20,000 nucleotides of DNA from Hydrurus foetidus. Its lineage: Eukaryota. This document shows, piece by piece, positions 1-9,551 of this stretch; positions within the stretch are counted from its first letter, which is position 1, and each line of letters opens with the position of its first letter. The translations under genes and the position numbers were made by a program. Where the stretch lies: positions 49,995-69,994 of the forward strand of contig UYFQ01000093.1 of NCBI GenBank assembly GCA_900617105.1. The letters run 5' to 3'. The notes under the pieces are model-generated. The model was not told the origin of the DNA, did not search any database, and worked only from the letters and a program-made list of their open reading frames with translations.

Positions 1-212
1 GAAGAGACAGAAAGCATCAAGACTATTGCAGAAATCATGGGGATTTCTAACCGAAGCAGCTGAGTCGCCGCTGCTGGTCGGTATGATTCCAGAGAGACTA
101 CAATGTCATGGTGATTTTGTCGCCACAGAAATCGAACAATAATTCGGAGGTGTAATTTTGATAGGAGAAGTCGTTGAATGCTCTACCAAAAGCATCGAAT
201 ACCAAGTCTGTG

Positions 213-542
213 TGTTGGAGATATCTTAGTTTATGACACGAACACAATCTGTGTACTTATGCATTCGTACGGACGTACGGATTAGTGTGTGTGTGTGTGT
301 GCGTGCATGCGTGACGACGATGTGTGGACCCGTGCTTCGGCTCGGTACTTCAAGAAGTAGTGTAGGATGTCTTTTGTTGTTGCGTTGAAAGGGACTCGGG
401 GACTTCAGCAGGGATGAAGCACAGTCAATTAACAAGTGATTACTGACAACCCAAAGCTTATTTCACGAGCCTTGACCGAGCGTTCTTCAACCGCTGTACA
501 CTCACCCACGTACGTGTCGGCTGAACCGAAGATCCGTCAACA
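213..542 (+). repeat. Copia 5' LTR (330 bp), includes (GT)8 microsatellite at 285-300
   Basis: Matches 5498-5827 at offset 5285. Terminal inverted repeat TGTTG/CAACA. Confidence 0.97.
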
Positions 543-552
543 TAATTGACTG
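543..552 (+). promoter_or_regulatory. Non-tRNA primer-binding site TAATTGACTG (putative self-priming)
   Basis: Directly abuts the 5' LTR and lacks the usual TGG start. It is the exact reverse complement of CAGTCAATTA at 422-431 inside the LTR. Confidence 0.7.
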
Positions 553-566
553 GAGCAGGCATTCCA

Positions 567-1751
567 ATGCCTCCCAAACGCGCCGCAGAAGCTTTCAAAA
601 GTACAGAGGAGTGTACGCTTCAATACGGCAAACACAACAACATCATAAGATGGAGAGAACACATGCAGACGGTAGTAACCGAGCTATACGGGATAGTGGG
701 CATGTTCTTCTCCACCAACGTGAGATATGAGCTCCCGAGAATTTCATACAGGGATTACCCTGCGGATTCGTCGTCGGAGAGCTCCAGCTCGGATGAGGAC
801 GACGACGACGGGGGCGACGATCAACCACAGCCAGCACCTGACCCAGAGGCCGTAGCGTACGCTGCTGCGAAACCTGCTCGTGTCGCCGCCAGACTGGCGA
901 GAAACGAGAGAAGACGAAAAGCGTCGGAACGTTCGAGAGCGAAGTTTAAGGAGGATGATTATATTCAGAGGAAGAGAGATGTCAAAACGCAACGTGAGAA
1001 CGAACGTACAATGTACCCCATGATGTGGAAGCGTATGTCGCTACTATCGCAGAGTAGGGTGAGGGAGGAGGAAGAGTTCAAGACCGCGTATGACACCCTG
1101 GATTGTGTTCTGCTGTGGACACTCATCAGAAGAACCCACCTCACACACATGTACGGTGGAGACGAGTCACTGCAAGAGTACAACCAACACGAACAGGAGA
1201 GTAAGTACGGGTCAATGAGGCAAGGTGAGAGGGAACATATCGTCACCTTCAAGAACAGATTTGATGAACAGGTAACAGCGAACGCAGCCGTGGGGATCGC
1301 CGCAGTGTCGGAGTCAAAGCGAGCATTGGACTTCCTAGGGAAACTCGACACCCGTCGGTACAAGGTCATGTTGGACGATATGAAGCACGACGCGCTACGG
1401 CGCAAACCGGGTGCGTTCCCCACCACGCTCGCCCTAGCATTCCACATCTCGTCAGAGTGGAATGACCGAGTGCCCGTCCATACACCCACTCCGACACCTG
1501 CGGGTGCGAACGCGGCGTACGTTGCCGAAGGTGCACATGTCACTATGACCAAGGACCCGGCCGAGAAGAAAGCGGGGAAAGCCGGAGGGGGCAGTAAGAA
1601 ATCAATAGCGGATGTGGAGTGTTACAAGTGTGAAACTAAAGGGCACTACGCAAGGGATTGCCCACAAAAGAAATCGTCATCGGAAAAAGTCCACGTCACG
1701 ACGGGGAGTCGGACGAGGAGTACGAAGGTGAATCGAGCGAGTGGGGAGTAG
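567..1751 (+). CDS. gag: Copia Gag (probably fused to Pol; frame break near 1703)
   Basis: First ATG at 567 (MPPKRAAE...). CCHC zinc knuckle CYKCETKGHYARDC at about 1620-1661. MRQGERE..F..RF gag-like motif. Confidence 0.9.
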   Translation: MPPKRAAEAFKSTEECTLQYGKHNNIIRWREHMQTVVTELYGIVGMFFSTNVRYELPRISYRDYPADSSSESSSSDEDDDDGGDDQPQPAPDPEAVAYAAAKPARVAARLARNERRRKASERSRAKFKEDDYIQRKRDVKTQRENERTMYPMMWKRMSLLSQSRVREEEEFKTAYDTLDCVLLWTLIRRTHLTHMYGGDESLQEYNQHEQESKYGSMRQGEREHIVTFKNRFDEQVTANAAVGIAAVSESKRALDFLGKLDTRRYKVMLDDMKHDALRRKPGAFPTTLALAFHISSEWNDRVPVHTPTPTPAGANAAYVAEGAHVTMTKDPAEKKAGKAGGGSKKSIADVECYKCETKGHYARDCPQKKSSSEKVHVTTGSRTRSTKVNRASGE

Positions 1752-4700
1752 CACTTGTGGCTGCAGACGAAGTGTGCTGCTTCTCGCGATTTGACGTGCT
1801 ACTAGACAACGAGGCGTCACTAAATATATTCAGCAATCCTGATTTGCTTACCGACGTTAGAAAGTCCGAGAGAACAATAAAAGTGAGCGGAATTCAACAG
1901 GGAGCGGGAGTGTCAGTCGATCGGGAAGGAGAGTTCGGCGAATTTGGGACGGTGTACTACAGCGGTTCAGCCTCAGCAAATATTCTGTCATTTGCTTCCC
2001 AAGTCGACTCAGGGGCGTCGATTCGGTACGACCACCTGAGCGACTGCTTCACTCTCCAGCCGAAGGGAAGCACGAGGATCTATCGCTTCGGAAGAAAGCG
2101 TGTCGTTGGGAGCGAGGGAAGATTCTATTCCTGTGATTGGAGAGAGATGGAGTGCGGGAGCGCACTTGTCACGACAGTAGTCGAGAATTTAAAGGCATTT
2201 ACGAAACGCGAAATAGAGCAGGGCAGGCGTGCCCGCGAGCTACTGGCCAGAATGGGATTCCCGACGGTAGAACAGGCGATGTCAATCGTCAATAGCGGGA
2301 GCAATTTTGACGTGACAGCAAGAGACTTCCAGATCGCAGACGCGATATGGGGGAAGGACATCGCATCGCTGAAGGGTAAAACAACGAAGAGAGCTACAGC
2401 CGTCGCCGATATAACCGTGAGCACAAAAATCTTACAACGGGATCAGGTGTTATCGATTGACATTATGTTTATAGAGAAATTAGCTATTCTAGTTGGGGTG
2501 GCTACTCCGTTAGGACTAACTATCGCATACAGTCTTAACACAGCTGATCTAAAGAAGCCGGCGAGGACAGCAGGGCAAGTCAAGATCGGCATCAACCATT
2601 TCCTCGGTGTCCTCGCGTCTCAAAACTTTCGGACGTCCATCATCATGAGCGACGGAGAGGGGGCGGTCACCAGCCTTGTCGACGAGTTGGGAAAACTCGG
2701 AGTTGAAGTCGACGTGAGCGGAGCTGGGGGTCACGTGGCTAGAATCGAGAGAAGAATAAGAGTTATTAAAGAAAGGGTACGGGCTCACGTAGCGTACCAC
2801 CTGCCGTTCACCCTGTCGACCGTGGGTATAGCCATGTGTGTACTGTACTGTATATCTAGGCTGAACTACGAACCGGCCGGTTTACGGGGATACGGCCCAA
2901 GTCCCCGCGAGGCGTTTATAGGAAGGAAGCCAGATGGTAAGCGAGATTTTCGTTGTTCGTTTGGCGACTACGCGCAGTGTACCGTACCAAACACAGATGC
3001 AGGACTAGGGAGTCGCACAGAAGACTGCGTGGTGATGCTCCCGCTTGGCAACCGTACAGGGTCCGTGAGAATGCTCTCTCTGAGTACTGGACGACTGGTG
3101 AATAGAGACCAATTTAGAATATTACCGATGCCAGAATCGGTAATCAAGAGGCTTAACGAACTTGCGCTAGCAGACGGGCGTGTGAAAGGTAAAGGTGAGC
3201 TGTACGAGCGACCGTTGTCGTACAAACAGGACGGAGACTCTAGGGGGAATCTACCAGACACGATCGAGCCTACGGTGAACGACGGTGTAGACCCATCCAT
3301 ATTACCGCTAGACGGAGATGAGCATGGGGAAGCGATAGACGAGAGACCGGACAGTGGGGGTGAACCGGTTGAAAACGGGGGTGACTACCGGGATCAGCAG
3401 TACGATAGCGGTGAGACACTGTACGAGCCGAATCAGCTAGACGTAAGCGAGCATCATAGTGAACCAACACATCATGCACACGATACTGAGTCCGACCACG
3501 CAATGGACGACCTGATAGCCAGCATGAACGGCATGCGAGCGGGACCGCATGACGACCACACAAATGAATCTGGAATTGTCGATGAGAGAGGAGTACCGGT
3601 AGACTATGCAGCGGCAAGCGGCGAGTGGGACGACCACACTGATTCGAGGGATGCACTGAGTGGTGCGAATGAGTCACAACCGGCGTATGCGAGTCCTCAA
3701 CGGTACGGACTGAACAAGCATGCAGTGATAGATTTCTTCAGGAACGGAAAAGGGACAGCGCTGCTGACGCGCAACTACGACGGAGACGGTACGGACTGGG
3801 GCGACTACGTGCTCAATATCTCGGTGAACGAAGCGCTGCGCACAAGGGGTGATGCTGCAGTGAGTGTGATAGAGAAAGAGTTACGACAAATGGTTGACAA
3901 AAAGGTGTGGGAACCGGTCGACGTGAAAGAGCTATCGTCGGACGAGAAGCGGCGTATCATCAGGTCGAGTATGTTCCTTAAGGAGAAGTTCCTCGCGAGT
4001 GGTGAGTTCGAGAAGCTGAAGGCACGCCTCGTCGCGGGAGGCGATCAGCAGGATCGTGACCTGTATGATGACCTATCCGCGCCTACTGTTGCGACGTGTT
4101 CAGTGTTCACTCTGCTAAGCATAGCAGCACACGAGACGAGAAGCATCACTGTGATTGATATCAGCGGTGCTTTCCTGAACGCAGATATGACAACAGGACT
4201 ACCTGTACATATGAGGTTGGACAGAAACATGTCGAACATCATGATCAGACTGTCACCGGGATACTCGCGGTTCACAGACCACAAAGGATGCGTGGTGGTG
4301 CGACTAGATAAAGCGCTGTACGGGTGTGTGGAGTCGGCGGCGCTATGGTACGAGAATCTGAGGGTAAGCCTATCGGAACTAGGGTATGTGCCGAATGCGC
4401 ACGACATATGCGTGTTTAACAAGCATGACGAATACGGGGTGCAGTGCACCATCGCCGTACATGTGGATGACCTACTGGTGACTAGCAAGAATGGTGCGAT
4501 GATTGAGTCAGTGGCTAGTGGGCTGAAAAGAAGGTACGGCGATATCACTAGGAAGGATGGACCTGTAGTAAACTACCTAGGCATGGTGTTCGACCTTACC
4601 ACCACAGGTGTTGCACGCGTGTCGATGACCGGCTACGTGGAGGACATGCTCAAGGAAAGCGAGGCGAAGGGGGGTGCGAGGACGCCGGCGACAGAGGGAC

Positions 4701-5431
4701 TGTTCGAAGTGAGAGAGGATGCAGAGATGGCCACCGAGGAGCAGCGTATCAAGTTCCATCGCCTAGTGGCGAAGATGCTGTACCTCGCGAAGCGTGCAAG
4801 ACCGGACTGTCTGACGGCGGTGGCATATTTGGCGACTCGGGTAACTCGGTGCACATCAGACGACCTCGTGAAGCTGGACAGACTGCTCAAGTATGTGAGC
4901 GCGACGAGGGACAGGGGGCTAGTGTTCGCAGCTGGGAGTAAGGGGATCGTAGTGAGTGTACTTATCGATGCAGCGTATGGGGTGCATGCAGACGGGAAGT
5001 CGCACACCGGGAGCTGTGTGGTAATCGGAGAGCGTGGTGCGGTGCATAGCAAGTCAGCCAAGCAGCAGATCGTGACCAAGTCGAGCACGGAGGCGGAGCT
5101 GGTGGCACTATCTGACTCCACTAACCAAGCATTACACGTCAGACATTTTATCATAGGGCAAGGACACGCGTGCGGACCGGTCACCGTGTACCAAGATAAC
5201 ATGTCATGCATGTCGCTTATCGAAAGAGGACGGTCAGCGGCGGAGCGCACCCGCCACATAGCCATCAAGTACTTCTGGCTTAAGGAGAGAGTGGATCAAG
5301 GGGAAGCGAGAGTGAGACACCTTGGGACCAAGGAAATGTACGCGAATCTTCTGACGAAGCCGCTGCAGGGGACACAATTCAAGTGCGAGAGACAGGGGCT
5401 CACGGGCTGGGACGATGAGGCAGTAGTTTAG
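1658..5431 (+). CDS. pol: Copia Pol: protease, integrase, reverse transcriptase, RNase H
   Basis: PR motif VLLDNEAS. IN DDE motifs IDIMF / SDGEG / IERRIR. RT motifs KARLVAGG, DISGAFL, LYGCVESAALWY, HVDD. RNase H motifs IDAAYG, SSTEAE, YQDN, LTKPL. The ORF-track start at 1658 is not a real start; this is the -1 continuation of gag. Confidence 0.95.
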   Translation: MPTKEIVIGKSPRHDGESDEEYEGESSEWGVALVAADEVCCFSRFDVLLDNEASLNIFSNPDLLTDVRKSERTIKVSGIQQGAGVSVDREGEFGEFGTVYYSGSASANILSFASQVDSGASIRYDHLSDCFTLQPKGSTRIYRFGRKRVVGSEGRFYSCDWREMECGSALVTTVVENLKAFTKREIEQGRRARELLARMGFPTVEQAMSIVNSGSNFDVTARDFQIADAIWGKDIASLKGKTTKRATAVADITVSTKILQRDQVLSIDIMFIEKLAILVGVATPLGLTIAYSLNTADLKKPARTAGQVKIGINHFLGVLASQNFRTSIIMSDGEGAVTSLVDELGKLGVEVDVSGAGGHVARIERRIRVIKERVRAHVAYHLPFTLSTVGIAMCVLYCISRLNYEPAGLRGYGPSPREAFIGRKPDGKRDFRCSFGDYAQCTVPNTDAGLGSRTEDCVVMLPLGNRTGSVRMLSLSTGRLVNRDQFRILPMPESVIKRLNELALADGRVKGKGELYERPLSYKQDGDSRGNLPDTIEPTVNDGVDPSILPLDGDEHGEAIDERPDSGGEPVENGGDYRDQQYDSGETLYEPNQLDVSEHHSEPTHHAHDTESDHAMDDLIASMNGMRAGPHDDHTNESGIVDERGVPVDYAAASGEWDDHTDSRDALSGANESQPAYASPQRYGLNKHAVIDFFRNGKGTALLTRNYDGDGTDWGDYVLNISVNEALRTRGDAAVSVIEKELRQMVDKKVWEPVDVKELSSDEKRRIIRSSMFLKEKFLASGEFEKLKARLVAGGDQQDRDLYDDLSAPTVATCSVFTLLSIAAHETRSITVIDISGAFLNADMTTGLPVHMRLDRNMSNIMIRLSPGYSRFTDHKGCVVVRLDKALYGCVESAALWYENLRVSLSELGYVPNAHDICVFNKHDEYGVQCTIAVHVDDLLVTSKNGAMIESVASGLKRRYGDITRKDGPVVNYLGMVFDLTTTGVARVSMTGYVEDMLKESEAKGGARTPATEGLFEVREDAEMATEEQRIKFHRLVAKMLYLAKRARPDCLTAVAYLATRVTRCTSDDLVKLDRLLKYVSATRDRGLVFAAGSKGIVVSVLIDAAYGVHADGKSHTGSCVVIGERGAVHSKSAKQQIVTKSSTEAELVALSDSTNQALHVRHFIIGQGHACGPVTVYQDNMSCMSLIERGRSAAERTRHIAIKYFWLKERVDQGEARVRHLGTKEMYANLLTKPLQGTQFKCERQGLTGWDDEAVV

Positions 5432-5490
5432 ACATTATCTTGTGAAGAATTATGCGTGATGCGTGAACAGTGATGATTGTGATGTGGCAT

Positions 5491-5497
5491 AGGGGTG
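5491..5497 (+). promoter_or_regulatory. Short polypurine tract of the copia element
   Basis: AGGGGTG lies immediately before the 3' LTR TGTTG. Confidence 0.6.
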
Positions 5498-5827
5498 TGT
5501 TGGAGATATCTTAGTTTATGACACGAACACAATCTGTGTACTTATGCATTCGTACGGACGTACGGATTAGTGTGTGTGTGTGTGTGCGTGCATGCGTGAC
5601 GACGATGTGTGGACCCGTGCTTCGGCTCGGTACTTCAAGAAGTAGTGTAGGATGTCTTTTGTTGTTGCGTTGAAAGGGACTCGGGGACTTCAGCAGGGAT
5701 GAAGCACAGTCAATTAACAAGTGATTACTGACAACCCAAAGCTTATTTCACGAGCCTTGACCGAGCGTTCTTCAACCGCTGTACACTCACCCACGTACGT
5801 GTCGGCTGAACCGAAGATCCGTCAACA
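5498..5827 (+). repeat. Copia 3' LTR (330 bp)
   Basis: Copy of 213-542, followed by TSD CTGTG. Confidence 0.97.
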
Positions 5828-5961
5828 CTGTGCAGTACTGAAATCAAATCAGTCACCAACTTTAACTTGAATTGAATTGCAAATAGCCGCTTGCGAAGCT
5901 CAATCCTCCTCAGAATACTGAGTATCTCGCCGCAGGAGGAGCATCACCAAGCGCTGTCATC

Positions 5962-8900
5962 ATGGTATTATTTGGTCAAATTATTGTAGGGCCTCCAGGA
6001 TGTGGCAAAACAACATACTGTATGGGAATGCAGATGTTCATCGAAGCCGTTGGTAGGAATTGCAAAGTTGTCAATCTAGATTTCGCCAACGACAATCTGC
6101 CATACACTCCAGCCATCGATGTCCGCGAACTCGTATCGTTGGAGGTTCGTCATAAATTAGGAAGACCATAAAGCAATTAGTCACAGTCACAACAAGTTGA
6201 AAGTACTGCTACATATGTTAGCAGTATTCTCTGACAGCTGCTGATGAAACATCTTGTGGAGACTGCTGATCAGAATCGTTAATTCAATGATGCGATGCAA
6301 CTGCTTACCCCGAATCTAAAAGAAAATCTGACAAATCATGCAAATTGCAATCCGAAATCTGATGGTAAAGAACGTCGCTGTGCATCATTAATACACAGAG
6401 AGTAATGGAGGAATTCGAACTGGGTCCTAATGGCGGTCTAGTTTACTGTATGGAGTATCTTCTGGCGAATTTCTCATGGCTGGAGGATCGTCTAAGGGCA
6501 CTGGGAGCACAGTATATTTTATTTGACTGCCCAGGACAAGTAAGTGACGTTTAGATACTAGAGTACTGCAGCTTCAAATACTTCTACGTGAAAGTCTATT
6601 AATTTTCTGTGCTAGAGGATGCGCTGAATTCGATACAGCATTTTTTGTTTTGATTGATGGTTTCAATCGAAGACCTTTCTGGCTGCAGGGCTGGCTATGT
6701 TCGACGAACTGAGACATTCACTGACTTACTGATTGACATACTGACGACTAGAAATAATCTGACTCACCCACTAAATGCATGGCTATGTTCCTCTCTGATT
6801 GGCGCATTGACTGTCTGTCTATCTGTCTATCTATCTGTCTGATGGATAGATAGATAAACACAATGATTAGCTATAGCACGCTGTCTGTTACTGATCACAC
6901 TACATACCTCCCTCACCTCTCTTCCTTTTCAATGTTCCAGGATTATTTATATTTTTATAAGTTAAAACAAGATTTCTAAAGTTAGGTTTCAATCCCAACA
7001 GAATTGCACACTATTTCTATTTCATTCCATGCTATTTCAATTCAATAAAGTTCTTCAATCAATTGATCCATTTCGTTTTATTTTCCATTATTCTATTCCT
7101 AGGTAGAACTGTACACGCACCATACGGTTGTGAAAGATATATTGGATAGATTAAATATTCTCGATTGCCGACTGTGCAGCATACACCTAGTTGACTCATT
7201 CTACTGCTGGTACGTACGTACTTATTGTCCTGACGCACTGTCTTTACTATTTGCTCGTTGATCTGGCTTACGGACATGTTGTTGTGCCGTGCGCTTGCAC
7301 GTACTGATCGACTTAATGATAGCGATAACGCATTTATGGTATGGATGCGATCGATATCAATTGTTCTCAACACTTTCAAAACTCTTGTCCTTCAATGTCC
7401 TGGCAGCAGCACATATTGTCATTTTCTCCTTGATTCCGTTTAACTTTTTAAACACACATTATCAGCACTTGCTATTTTTATCATATTTCCTTTTTCCCGT
7501 CAAATTTCATGTCCCCTCCACAAATGCATTACTGTTCTACTATATCCAGCGAGCCTTCCACTTTCGTCTCTGCCGTTTTGTTGGTGACGTCATCAATGCT
7601 TCGACTCGGACTGCCTCACGTTAACGTTCTTTCGAAAGTACGTATCCGTAACACAATTCTTACGTACCTAACTGATGAAGATAAATGATGGATGAGAAGC
7701 AGCGAGATGACAGCCTGTAGTATCCACAGTCAGTGGTCCAATGACCGTAACTAACCCGTATTGGACAATAAAATGCACATCAAGGTGTTGTTTTTTGGCA
7801 TCAGCATGCACGCTAGCTACTTTCTAGCTGAAGGACTCGTTCTAATGTTTTCAGTTCTCCATTCTCACTCTTTTTTCCTCTGTTTACTGCTGTTATAATT
7901 TACGTATTTCCCACCACTTATCTTTACCGTTTTTTAGATCGATTTACTACCATTATATGGTCCATTACCGTTTAAACTTGATTTTTTTACGGAAATGGTG
8001 GATTTAACAAGATTGGTCAGGTGATTGAATGCACGACTATATTCTCCTAGTACAATGTAACTTCGTAGTTACTTCATCTGTCTTACATTTGATGGAATAG
8101 GATGATTTTTTTATTTACAAATCTGAAGTCGCTATTTTCGAGTTATTTCGTCTTTTTTTCTGTATGTCGCCTATATCGCAAAGCTGTAATTACTGTTTCT
8201 TCATTTACAGAATACAGAACACTTGTCTTTTAAAAGTTATAACATACTTTTAGTGAATTAATGTAATTCAACTTAATACTATGATTGATGTATGTACTGT
8301 ACATGCATGTATCGTTTACGTTACAGGTATATGGATGGCGATATAGGTGCTGAATCTTTGATAGGGGAAGATGATATGTACGATAATAATCACGATGTCG
8401 GTGACGATGATGATAATGAGAATTATTACACCTCAGATAAATACTGTGGTGAAAATGATGATAGTGATAATGATGTGCGTAAGAGTGACAGTGGTAAAGA
8501 CAAAAATATTCATAGCAGCAATACTGACATTTCTAAAAATGGTGATAATGATGACAATAGTGGAAGTGCAGATGTTGGCGACACTGAAATGAAAAATAAA
8601 ATTGATGATACAAGTACCAAAATCGAAAATATAACCCTCAACAAAGATGTGGATCAGAGCATCAAAAACACTGAATTAGCATCTAATATAAAAAAACAAG
8701 CAGTAGTAAAGAGCGCTCAAGAAAGAAGAAAAAAAATGACAGCCGGATTATGCGATGTGCTGAGTGACTATGGGCTCGTTTCTTTTCTTCCCTTGAACAT
8801 CCAGGATGGAGAGGTGATTGATTGATTGAACACGATTTTTGACTTTATCAAATGGACTGTAATCGAGTTAATTGTGTGTGTGTGTGAGGGAGGCAAGTTT

Positions 8901-9551
8901 GAGTCAGACACTGAATTAAAATTCTTCAAATTTGTCTTTATCATTTTCATTTCTCATCCTACCCCCTATTTTTTTGAAACGGTGTCCTATTTATTTTTTC
9001 TTAATTTATCAGACCGTGGGTAGAGTGCTATCAGCTGTCGACAGGGCAAATGGATTCAGGTGCGTACGTGTACACGTACATGCAATATTGACATATTTAC
9101 GCAACAGTTGTTTTCTACTACGCCTTGTATCTTTTTATTTTTTCGCTCGTTTCGGTTCTCCCAACCTGATACGCTCCGATCGCGGACCACATTTTGCCAA
9201 CGAACTCATAGAGAAATTTCGACAATTGAGTTTTTTGCTGTCGATTATTTCGTATTTTGATGTATAACTGGACAGCTTTAGACCGAGCACGTCATTTTAA
9301 AAACGACCCAAACATCTTATTTTTCTCATTTCAGTTTTGCATCAGCTGAGGCACAAGAAATTTTGAAAATCAAAAATCCAACAACTGGATCTCGGAACTC
9401 AAATCACGAATCTAACACTAATTCCGTAAGTCATTTATTTAAGATAGCTTCTCAACAACTCGAAACAACGTATTCAAGAAGTTTGGAAATTTCCGAGAAA
9501 TACGAATCTCTTCCTAAGTATCAGATTTTAACTTCTAAAAAATTTGTTTGA
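5962..9551 (+). CDS. GPN2: GPN-loop GTPase 2, 8 exons: 5962-6144, 6399-6539, 7103-7209, 7550-7637, 7938-8020, 8327-8813, 9013-9059, 9335-9551 (450 aa)
   Basis: Hand-spliced at GT..AG junctions with consistent phases (1353 nt). P-loop [17 protein letters not shown] (GPP form typical of GPN2). GPN loop [13 protein letters not shown]. Further motifs [42 protein letters not shown]. Confidence 0.92.
6811..6857. repeat. TCTR microsatellite followed by inverted GATA units in GPN2 intron 2
   Basis: ctgtctgtctatctgtctatctatctgtct gatggatagatagata. Confidence 0.6.
9136..9219 (+). pseudogene. Relic fragment of a gypsy integrase catalytic core in GPN2 intron 7
   Basis: Translates as [26 protein letters not shown], which aligns with IGRYGAPKFLRSDNGSHFVNKILEEF of the integrase at about 18245-18322. 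Confidence 0.8.

Larger units (their letters stand above)
213..5827 (+). mobile_element. Full-length Ty1/copia LTR retrotransposon (CoDi-like), recent insertion
   Basis: Two 330-bp direct repeats (213-542, 5498-5827), identical by eye, with TGTTG...CAACA termini. 5-bp TSD CTGTG at 208-212 and 5828-5832. Domain order Gag-PR-IN-RT-RH is the copia order. Confidence 0.97.

Noticed and set aside
1..207. Possible divergent gene start upstream of the copia insertion
   Set aside because: Only short frames are visible (such as minus-strand MISAIVLMLSVS running off the edge), which is insufficient evidence.
226..435. Identical 69-aa minus-strand ORFs at 226-435 and 5511-5720
   Set aside because: They lie within the LTRs, include the translated GT microsatellite and have no true ATG start. 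The duplication simply reflects the LTRs.
551..568. TGGAGCAGGC... as a canonical tRNA PBS
   Set aside because: It starts 8 nt from the LTR, and its complement does not resemble a tRNA T-arm/acceptor 3' end. A tRNA search is still needed to exclude it fully.
1680..1710. Programmed -1 frameshift between copia gag and pol
   Set aside because: There is no in-phase X XXY YYZ heptamer. One extra G in GGGG gives a seamless VHVTTGESDEEY, like the other homopolymer breaks.
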